A stretch of DNA of 64,000 nucleotides from contig OZ024744.1 in NCBI GenBank assembly GCA_964016885.1, positions 65,534,001 to 65,598,000 on the forward strand. Direction: 5' to 3'. The number at the start of each line of letters is the position of its first letter. Within the stretch, counting starts at the first letter, position 1. Both the position numbers and the translations under genes were made by a program. The notes beneath the pieces were generated by a model. The model worked only from the letters and a program-made list of their open reading frames with translations. It ran no database searches and was not told the origin of the DNA. The stretch is from Eledone cirrhosa (lineage: Eukaryota). Below are positions 52,901 to 63,608 of the stretch, in pieces.

Positions 52901-55900
52901 GTTAAACAAAATCTAACTTAAGCATTCCATTCACTAAAAATCAATAAAACGTACTGGGATCGATGTGATCAATGAAAACAATTGAATTCAGCACTCCCAG
53001 CATGGTCTCACTCCGAAGACTAAAAACCAATAAAAGCATGCACATAAAAACAAAAAAGCCGCTGCAGGCATAACCGTACATTGAAACACCAATGGCAAGA
53101 GTTACCATGCTCATATGGCTGGACATGAGGGTAGGGGCTGACAAGACTGCCAAATGTCAAGACAAGTATAATTAGAACAATGGATCCAACTTAGATGATT
53201 AGATTTACCACCTCAATAACAGACGTTTTCTTTTTCTTTTCTTTTCTTTAAGCTAAGTCGGAAAGGGTAGTGTCCATTGTCTTTTTCAGAACCTCTGAGA
53301 CTGGCAAAGCGGGGGGGGGGGGGGGGGTATTCTCAAACCAAAAACCTAAAAGTGGAATGCTTGCAGAATTGAATTTGCTAAAGACACTCAAGGGCCAGGT
53401 AGTGGCGTTAAACCGAGTAATATTTATTATGAGCTAACCTGGAGCTAAACGACGTTCTTCTTTAGCATACCACTTTTCAAAAAGGCATCAAAACTGCTTC
53501 AGAATTAAACAATACTTGAATTAAGAGTGACCCAAAAGAATGCAACTTAAATAAAAGCTAAATGGATACAACACGTCTTAAAACAGTATCAACAATCGTG
53601 AACAATGAGACTTAAAAGAATTACAATTGCAGCATGACAAATTAAGAAACTACACAGAACTAATTCTGACGAACCATTAAGGGTAAAATAAAAGATATGT
53701 AAAGGTGTTTTATTTGTGAAGACTAGAACAATAACAAGACTGCCAAATATCTACTTACTAGACTTTAATAAGCTGCTTTCACTCATGCTGATTAGCAGTA
53801 AGTAATTGGATTCTATTTATACAAAGTGCATCTTATTTGGATCAATATATTAACTTTATAAATTGTCAAAAAATCCTTTATAAACAATTGATGTGAAAAA
53901 AAATTTAGATTCATATTAACATCACTATATAACATCTTAACACTTGTTGCGATTATTTAATGAAACTTAAGATTTCACTTTAACACTAATATCACAATAT
54001 TAAAGTACAATTAATTAGATAAAAATGATAATGCAGATAAATATACACCTTTCAATAGGGTTTGATTAAAAGCTATCCACCCTACTCTTTCTAATAAAGA
54101 AGAGTTAGGAAAATCTCATTTGTAGCAATCCATAAGAATTTCTAAATTCACATAGATTGAGGAGGGTATGCCAAAGTATCATCTCGTATCAAAATAGAAG
54201 TTAAAATGATAATGTTTCCATTAATTTATGTCTTGATATCAGAACATATTGGTTCATCTCAAGCATGTTCTTTCTATACTTGTCCCCTCTACGTAGACTC
54301 GAGTGTACCACCTGTCACACAGCTCACCTATTAGTGGGATGCGTAAAATTACTTCTGTCAGCTACTAGGAAATTAATTAGATAACCTACGCTTTCAAGGG
54401 TAGGACTTACGTTTAGTTCTTAAAACACTTTCAATAGAAATCAACCTTAGCTTAATACCTAATTAGAATACCCCAGCAAAACTAAAATCTTCAGATTACG
54501 TAGGACTGCCATTTTTAGATGGAATCAAAGGTTGGACTAAAAAAAAAAAAAATAAATTACAAATTTGATTTCGATTATTAAATTACAATAAAAATGAAAA
54601 ATTATCCATAGAATATTGTACGAATAAACAACGTATAACATTGGATTTAAAGCATCAATTAGCAAGACATTCCAGTAATTGTAAAAACTATGTTGCAATT
54701 AAAAGAACAATCATAAAAATATTTCTAAATAAATTCTATTTAATATCATAATTCCGACTCCTAATTGAGTAGTGTAGCAATCTGAAAATACATCCGCTGA
54801 ACCTAACCGTATGAAGAAGATTCTTATGAAATAGCAAGTGAAGAATTACACATTTCTCAAAATGCTGCTGTGCGACTACTTCATTTGAGGTAGTTTTGAT
54901 TCGGACAAACAAAAAATTAAAAGGAAAAACAAACAAGATTTTTATATCATCCATCCAGTTATTTGAGAACACCAGTTTATTTATCAAGTTAATTAATGAC
55001 ACTAAAATTAATTCGGCGTCGGCTGTTTGCACTGCACAATCATTATGAACTAATTTGATGAGGGGACGGAGACCGGTGTAAGAAAAATGACAGGAAATGA
55101 GAAACGATTTGCGAAGTTTTCAGCTTCCAATAAATATAACTACATTTCTTACTGAATATTTGTTCTCCCAACCTCCGCCTTTTTTTTTTGTTTGTTTGTT
55201 AAAACATGCATTATATTATGTATATATATGTGTGTGTGTAATTTATAATATAAAAATATACATATTTTAAATGTGCATATATCTATCTATATAGACAGAT
55301 GCACATATATATACATTATATATATACGCACACACATTTGAAGTGTGCATATATCTATATACACACACACACATACATAAATACACATACTCAGCGAGAG
55401 CAAACAAAAATAGTAAAAGTATATTCCGATAGCTGGATACAAAAGCGTTTATTCATTAAAATAATTATGTGTAAAAAAATAAATAGGAAAATAATTTTTT
55501 TTAAATCTGTTAACTGCATTAACTTCCTGTAGAGAAAAAAAAAGGAGAGAGAGAAAGAGAGAGCATAGAAAGCTTGTAGAATGAGACATTTATTTTGTGC
55601 AGTTTAATAAGTCCTTTCTATATTTAAAACATCTAAAATGTATAATTTTTGTTTGTATTAATTGAACAGTTCTTTTGAAATGTAGCAGTGAGGAAAAGGC
55701 TTTAGTTTTTAATAACCTATTTTTAATGCATCTTACGAGGCGACCCTCGTACATGTATCATTTCCTTTTCCTCTTCAGTACAAAATACTCAATTAGGAAA
55801 AAAAAAAAGGCAAGCGCAAAATAAGAGTTGCCCGAACAAATAAACTATATAAATTAATGCACATATTGATTTTAAATAAGATTAAACACATTTAATTGAA

Positions 55901-56773
55901 AATACTTTTTTCCTCCATAACACCATAAATTGGTGTCGGAGAGGGTAATTAGCGTAAAGTATAGAATCTACAATTCTAATTATAGAAAAATAAATCTCTA
56001 TAAGAAAGTATCCAAGTGCTGCTAAAGAATGGATTGCATTAATGTAGACACCACTTTATATTTAAATGGTATTATTATATAGTTTAAAATTTGCAGTCAA
56101 CTCTTATAGAAGCAGGTTAAATTCGAAACAACTTAGAAAAATGTCAAGAAATTACTTCTACGCGTGCAACTAGAAGAAAGTTGTCAGCTCAACCTTGTCT
56201 CACTACATAATGTATGTGTGTGTGCATGTTATGTGTGTGTGTACGTGTAATGTATGTGATGTACATGTGTGTGTAGCACAACCAATAGTTTGTTTAGAAC
56301 AAGTTGGCAATAACATTTAATAAAATAGACACAGATAACGGTAGAATATATATATTTATATATATATATAGCATTAAATAATGATAAAAATAATAATAAT
56401 AAATATAACAATAGCAAAAAATACGATATTTTAAGAAGGAAGAGAGAAAGAATGTGGTGACGAAATGGGTAAGAGAGAATTCCTTATTATACAAAGACAG
56501 TAAATAAAGGAAATTTAGATTATTTTATTTTATTTTTACTTTTGTGTATGGAACAGCATACATGTATATTTGCAAAAAGCCACTCAAGCTTTCTAGAATA
56601 TACAATAGTCGAAAATATATCATTAATTGGCACAACTATATAAGCACTAAAAGTACACACACTCACACATGGGTGTGTGAAAGGGTTGGTGAAGATACAA
56701 CGAAAAAATAATAACAGCAGCGAATTATAATACAAAATTACAAGTTTTAAAATAAATGAAATTTTCAATTTAC

Positions 56774-56942
56774 CAAACTCTACGAAATCCGAAATATTTT
56801 TTTCCCTTCGCATTGTTGAGGCGCAACATTCATCAAAGAGAACCAGAAGCACGTCAAGGAGGGTCTCGATGCTGAAAGCTTCTTCATGACCGCCAGTCAC
56901 GTAAATCCTCTCTAACTCTTTCAAGCGTTCAGCGACAGACAT
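56774..56942 (-). CDS. MRCK: MRCK/DMPK-family kinase, first coding exon (MSVAERLKELE...SIETLLDVLLVLFDECC...REKNISDFVEF)
   Basis: ATG at 56942, 169 nt (56 codons + 1). Matches the MRCK/DMPK N-terminal motif S-x-ETLLD-x-L-x-x-L-x-x-EC...RREKN. Donor G|GTAAAT; its phase 1 matches the next exon. Confidence 0.93.
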
Positions 56943-57122
56943 ATTGGGCTATAAAAATAACTACTTCAGTAGTAGACAATTATAATGGTGCCGAAATCTA
57001 AGAACAAGGCAGGTTTTCTGACATTCGGGTACATGAAAATTCACCTTCTTTTTATACTCATCTAATCAAACTCTTGTACCATGGCCGACACTTATAATTT
57101 GTTAGGATGGGAGGGGGGAGAG

Positions 57123-57132
57123 ATGACGTCAT
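57123..57132. promoter_or_regulatory. Perfect CRE/ATF palindrome ATGACGTCAT about 180 bp upstream of the kinase ATG
   Basis: TGACGTCA core seen directly; a TACGTCA half-site lies near 57179-57185. Function is inferred from position only. Confidence 0.45.
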
Positions 57133-57459
57133 TAAACGGTAGAGTCGGTGATCATACAAATTTACCTCTTGTTCTGAATACGTCACATTATAAAACAAAA
57201 CAAATATGTGAATACAATTAATTCAGCATGATCTGATACATTTTCTTATTTAAAATGAAACCATATATTTCACAATGTATTTTTACATATTGCCAATATC
57301 AACTTGATGCAATGTTTAATTATAGTTTGCATAGATAAAATGATCTAATAGGAAAGTGGGGACATATTTGCTGAAGCACCTGTTCTGAAAATTTTAGCTA
57401 AACCAACCACAGAAGTGGCTATCGGAGAGTCTGGATCAGTTAACAGCTACCAACTGGCT

Positions 57460-58072
57460 AAACACAAATATATATATACATACTCACAGACATTATATAT
57501 ACACACAAATATATATATACATACACACAGACATTATATATACACACAAATATATATACATACATATATATACATAGACTTTATATATACATAGACTTTA
57601 TATATACATATAGACTTTATATATATACATACAGACTTTATATATATACATACAGACTTTATATATATACATACAGACTTTATATATATATACATACAGA
57701 CTTTATATATATATACATACAGACTTTATATATATACATACAGACTTTATATATATATACATACAGACTTTATATATACATACAGACTTTATATATATAA
57801 ACATACAGACTTTGTATGTATGTATATATATATAAAATCAGTATGTGTATATATATACAGACTTTATATATATAAACACACAAGACTTTGTATGTATATA
57901 TATAAAGTCAGTATGTGTATATATATATACAGACTTTGTATGTATATATATATGTGTATATATATACGGACTTTGTATATATATATGTATATATATACGG
58001 ACTTTGTATATATATATGTATATATATACGGACTTTGTATATATATATGTATATATATACGGACTTTGTATG

Positions 58073-58104
<32 letters not shown>

Positions 58105-58255
58105 CGGACTTTATATGTATATATGCGGACTTTGTATGTATAATATATATATATATATATATATATACGGACTTTGTGTGTATGTATATATATATATATA
58201 TATACGGACTTTGTGTATATATATATATACGGACTTTGTATGTATATATATACGG

Positions 58256-58292
<37 letters not shown>

Positions 58293-58340
58293 GGACTTTG
58301 TATGTATATATATATATATATATATATACGGACTTTGTAT

Positions 58341-58380
<40 letters not shown>

Positions 58381-58873
58381 GGAGTTTGTATGTATATATA
58401 TATATATACGGAGTTTGTATGTATATATATATATATACGGAGTTTGTATGTATATATATATATATACGGACTTTGTATGTATATATATATATATATATAC
58501 GGACTTTGTATGTATATATATATATATACGGAGTTTGTATGTATATATATATATATACGGACTTTGTATGTATGTATATATATATATTGTTATACTTTGG
58601 GAGGGTCATGTTGCCAATAAGAAACACACGCACCAGTTGCTTTCACTTCAATTTAATTTAATATATATTTATAAATTTACAAATTTATAAATATATAAAT
58701 TTCTGGTTGGTTGGTTGGTTCCACAACCAGATAGTTGTTTATATATATATAGTCATAGTTCTTTCGTCACACACTCTGTGACCTCTTCAGTGACTGGGGA
58801 TTTCTTTCTTCGTTTCTGTGCCTTTCCTTTCTTCTATCCTACGCCATTTTGTTTGTATATATATATATGTATA

Positions 58874-58910
<37 letters not shown>

Positions 58911-59142
58911 GGACTTTGTATGTATGTATATATATATATATATATATACGGACTTTGTATGTGTATATATATATATATATATACGGACTTTGTATGTATA
59001 TATATATACGGAGTTTGTATGTGTATATATATATATATATATATACATATATACAGACTTTGTATGTATATATATACAGACGTACGTATATATATATATA
59101 TATAAACATACGTCTGTATATATATATATATATACACACACG

Positions 59143-59178
<36 letters not shown>

Positions 59179-60127
59179 CGTTGTGTATATATATATATAT
59201 ATATATATGCAGACGTTGTATATATATACAGACGTTGTGTATATATACAGACGTTGTGTATATATACAGACGTTGTATATATATATATATACAGACGTTG
59301 TATATATATATATACAGACGTTGTATATATATATATATATACAGACGTTGTATATATATATATACAGACGTTGTATATATATATATATATATATAGACGT
59401 TGTATATATATATATACAGACGTTGCACATATTTGTATATATATATATACAGACGTTGCACATATTTATATATATATATACAGGCGTTGCACATATTTAT
59501 ATATATATATACAGGCGTTGCATATATATATATATATACAGGCGTTGCATATATATATATATACAGACGTTGCATATATATATATATATATATACAGACG
59601 TTGCATATATATATATATATATATATATACAGACGTTGTATATATATATATATATATACAGACGTTGTATATGTATATACATATATACAGACGTTGTATA
59701 TGTATATACATATATACAGACGTTGTATATGTATATACATATATACAGACGTTGTATATGTATATACATATATACAGACGTTGTATATGTATATACATAT
59801 ATACAGACGTTGTATATATATATACATATATACAGACGTATATATATATACATATATACAGACGTTGTATATATATATACAGACGTTGTATATATATACA
59901 TATATACAGACTTTGCATATATATATATATATATACAGACTTTGTGTATATATATACAGACTTTGTGTATATATATACAGGCTTTGTGTATATATATATA
60001 CAGGCGTTGTATGTATATATAGATATTTATATATATACAGGCTTTGTGTATATATATACAGGCTTTGTATGTATGTATATATAGATATTTATATATATAC
60101 AGGCTTTGTATGTATATATACAGATTT

Positions 60128-60173
<46 letters not shown>

Positions 60174-60205
60174 TAGACTTTGTATGTATATATTATATAC
60201 AGACT

Positions 60206-60236
<31 letters not shown>

Positions 60237-60370
60237 ATTTATACAGCTCCAACCGGGATTGATATATATATACATATATATATACAGACTTTGTATGTAT
60301 ATATATACAGACTTTGTATGTGTATATATATATTTATACAGACTTTGTGTATGTATATATACACACACAG
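57460..60370. repeat. Compound satellite: short cores (ACAGACTTT, ACGGACTTTGT, ACGGAGTTTGT, ACAGACGTTGT, ACAGGCGTTGC, ACAGGCTTTGT) separated by variable (TA)n
   Basis: About 85 units by manual count, with a regular 29-bp unit at ~59655-59830. Interrupted by a non-satellite cassette at 58584-58855. Confidence 0.95.
58751..58795 (-). ncRNA. Minimal type I hammerhead ribozyme motif
   Basis: Minus strand reads AGTCA CTGAAGA G GTCACA-gagtg-TGTGAC GAAA GAAC TA TGACT. Stem I 5 bp, stem II 6 bp (one extra G), tiny stem III, CUA site. Confidence 0.7.
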
Positions 60371-61486
60371 TAATACTTCATTTTGCTCTCGGCCAATTCT
60401 CATAGTATTTTGATATGTATTTAGTTTGTCCAGATGATAGAACTGTATAAGCATGCGATCTTCGCGTCCCAGAAGCTTTCAATTAAAATGTCAAAAATAG
60501 TTGACACCTATCTGATAGGAACATTGACATAATAAGGATATCGCAGTTATATATTGATTAACTATTTCTATTTACCTAAAGAAATTGACGGATATATTGT
60601 TTACTTTTTCAGGGATAAAAAGAGGAAATAAGCATCTATTTGTCGTACATTATCTGTTATTTGATTTTCTTTATTCAGATTTATGTGTGTGTTAAATTTA
60701 TCACTGTTGTTTATATTGTAAAGTGGGAAATGATCTCTGTTTATATGTTAATAAATTTCATTTTCTTCTCCCTTTCAATACTGTTATATGTATTTTATTA
60801 CTCCGTGATAGGAAGAGCGCCCAGCCGTAGAAAGCTTGCTAATCAAAGTGTTAGAAGGGACCCTTCAGTTGTGACAAAGACATGACAGCCTCTCTTGTGC
60901 ATTCAGTCGAACTAAGACCGTATGTAATGCGAGATAACAGACCCCTAGCCTGTCTAGGAAGTCAGTAGCCCCGTTTCAGTACTGAATTGGCCTCTGTAGA
61001 CTTGTGCAACCCTTTCTAGCAGGGAAAGCTGACATTAAAACGATGACGTCAATGATGATGATGATGACCCCCAACTTACATTGAATGCAGTGGTTTTACT
61101 AAGTGCCGGTGCTTAATTACCATAATCTTGTTTTTTTGTTTTTTTTTTTTAAACCAAATTAAGTGATTATGCAAAGACTTCTAGTATTTCTCAATTATTT
61201 TTAAATTATACTCAAACACACATTATATATCTTCAATTGACTTCGGCTCCTTTCACCTGGCAGCTAATTCAGACTGAATGAATTGGTCACCGATAATCAA
61301 AAATATAATCAATTTAACTCTACCACCAGTAGTTACCTTCCTCCACTGCGCGAGTCACTGTAAATATTGGCACTTTATAATTCTCTAAATTAACAGCCAC
61401 AATATATATATATATATATATAAATATAAAACTTTTCTTCCTCTAAGTGTAAAACTAATACAACCTCGTGTTATTGCATCCTCTTC

Positions 61487-61521
<35 letters not shown>

Positions 61522-61621
61522 TTTATTGATATATATATATATATATACTATCCAGGAAGCTCCAACCGTTAAGGTTGCATTTTTTCAGGGTATGTCAATA
61601 TTTATTTATAAAACTAATCTG

Positions 61622-61696
61622 TATTGTATTTTATCTGATGAAAGCGCACCATAATCTGCCTTGGTGGCCCTTGAAATATGTATAATAAAATAAATA
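61622..61696 (+). ncRNA. Type I hammerhead ribozyme motif
   Basis: TATTTTAT CTGATGA (61635-61641), stem II AAGCGCACCA/TGGTGGCCCTT, GAAA (61673-61676) TATGTA TA, then ATAAAATA. Stem I is 8 bp perfect and extendable; predicted cut after 61684. Confidence 0.78.
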
Positions 61697-61834
61697 TGGT
61701 TTTATAAATATAGTTTCCATTTGTTCATATATTGTATATTTACTCCAATAATTGTTGAGTGCTTTATATCAGTTATAAAAATATTTTAGCTTGTATCGCA
61801 ACAAATTAAATATAACCTCTGCATATATATATAT

Positions 61835-62073
61835 ATATTGTTATACTTGGGGAGGGTCATATTTGTGTAATATTGCCAGAATTAATAACAGAACACACTC
61901 ACTGTTTGGTTGGTTTTCGCTTTTGGCTTGTGTCTTTTATATCGGTAATCTAATTTATTCGGTCCTCAATGTTGCCAATGACTGACCAACGGTCAAAAAT
62001 AACCAAACAGTGTGTTCTGTTATTAATTCTGGCAATATTTCACAAATATGACCCTCCCTAAGTATAACAATAT
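61835..62073. repeat. Inverted-repeat element with ~75-bp arms
   Basis: ATATTGTTATACTTRGGGAGGGTCATATTTGTG-AATATTGCCAGAATTAATAACAGAACACACT..GTTTGGTT at both ends in inverted orientation. The same terminus occurs at 58584-58609. Confidence 0.9.
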
Positions 62074-62222
62074 TTGTTTCGACACACGATTTCATATCAA
62101 AAACCTCGCAAAACTATATATATATATATATATGTAGGAGGTGAGTTTTATTGTAGTACAATAAAGCAATGCAGATATCGGTTAAGAAGCACTCTACAGT
62201 TTGTAGGACTGGAGTATACATA

Positions 62223-62334
62223 ATATATAAGATCAAAAGATGGTTAATGAAAACACAAATGTTATTGCATGATGATATTTGTTTTTGAAATGCGCATAAT
62301 AAAATACATGGAACTCATTTAACCATCTTTTGAT

Positions 62335-62343
<9 letters not shown>
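62223..62343. repeat. 25-bp perfect inverted repeat enclosing a degenerate hammerhead-like core
   Basis: ATATATAAGATCAAAAGATGGTTAA (62223-62247) and its reverse complement (62319-62343). The interior reads aTGATGA...GAAA TGCGCA TA ATAAAATACAT. Confidence 0.85.
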
Positions 62344-62374
<31 letters not shown>

Positions 62375-63161
62375 TATATATATGAAAAGATTCAGGACGC
62401 CTGCGGCTGAGCTCAGGCCGTTTCGACAGCTAGATCCGGACTATAAATATATATATATGCAACCAGATGAAGCGATGATCAAGATATAGCTTCAAAGTCA
62501 CTGCTGCTTTTCTACTTAAAAAAATACAATTTGCCATATCAATGATATGGCATTGAAATTTATTCTCTATTTGTATTAGAACCCGAGTAAAGAGGTAAGA
62601 AAATCGATTCATGGATAGGTAACTGATATGTATTTTATTGCACTTCCTCGTCAGAAGGAGAGGTATAGTGTCACTGACAGGGTATGAATTCTGCGTTGTG
62701 CCACGTGCTTTCAGCAAGATTGTTACAGCGTCGGACAAAATGCTTTACGGTATTTAGTTACAGCCCTTTACGTTCTGAGTTCAAATACCACCAAGGTCAA
62801 CTTTTCCTTTCGTCTTTCTGCGGTCAACAAAATAAAGTACCAGTTAATGGGTTGACTTAATTAACATTAACCTTCCCTCCGAATTTGCTGGCCTTGTGCC
62901 TAAATTAGAAATCAATATGTTGCAATTTGAAAAATGTGTGGGAAAATGTATTCAAGAGAACTTGGGAACTAATGATTTCAAGGGGACAGAGTTGTCGTTC
63001 TTACCTGGTATTAATCAGACTAAATAATTAAAATTGCAATCGTTACCATATTCTCAGTTCCACTGCTGCTACATGTTTATGCATGTGTAAGTATGTATAT
63101 ATATGTGTGTGTGTGTGTATATATATATATTTATTTAATGTATAATAAACAATACAATATA

Positions 63162-63237
63162 ATTACCTCATTACCAAAGGTTTCCCGAATTAGACGAATA
63201 CAAGAAACGTCCGCATTCGTTCGTCAGACAAGGCAAT
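63162..63237 (-). ncRNA. Type I hammerhead ribozyme motif (left arm of palindrome)
   Basis: Mirror copy of 63256-63331 with a better stem II (CGAAT/ATTCG), still with an A-G mismatch at its base. Confidence 0.74.
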
Positions 63238-63255
63238 CTTATATATATATATAAG

Positions 63256-63331
63256 ATTGCCTTGTCTGACGAAGGAATGCGGACGTTTCTTGTATTCGTC
63301 TTATTCGGGAAACCTTTGGTAATGAGGTAAT
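63256..63331 (+). ncRNA. Type I hammerhead ribozyme motif (right arm of palindrome)
   Basis: ATTGCCTTGT CTGACGA (63266-63272), stem II GAAT..GGACG/CGTC..ATTC, GAAA (63309-63312) CC-ttt-GG TA, then ATGAGGTAAT. Stem I 10 of 10 paired with 3 GU; GUA site. Base of stem II is mismatched. Confidence 0.72.
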
Positions 63332-63430
63332 TATATTGTATTGTTTATTATACATTAAATATTTAGCACTGTAACTTACATAGAGCACTTTTCATTCCTC
63401 TGACTTTTTCAATTTTCAACAGAAACTTCA

Positions 63431-63531
<101 letters not shown>

Positions 63532-63608
63532 TTTAATATAGAGGAGATTCTACAGGACTAGAACTATTTCATTCTTTAGAAATCATCAGGAATCATATAT
63601 ATATATAT

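Larger units (their letters stand above)
63132..63361. repeat. 230-bp spacerless palindrome centred on (TA)n
   Basis: Axis between 63246 and 63247; only two mismatches (63191/63302 and 63219/63274). Confidence 0.95.

Noticed and set aside
53666-53700. CTGACGA-ACC...GGT-AAAA hammerhead-like core
   Set aside because: GAAA is replaced by AAAA and no closing stem I was found.
57460-60370. CRISPR-like repeat/spacer appearance
   Set aside because: Cores are only ~9-11 nt, spacers are (TA)n rather than unique, there are no cas genes, and the context is eukaryotic.
57820-60454. Long Y/I-rich ORFs in many frames
   Set aside because: Artefact of stop-poor (TA)n satellite; overlapping on both strands with no protein signal.
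62625-62660. Minus-strand CTGACGA followed by ATAAAATACAT
   Set aside because: No stem II or GAAA; at most a deleted relic.
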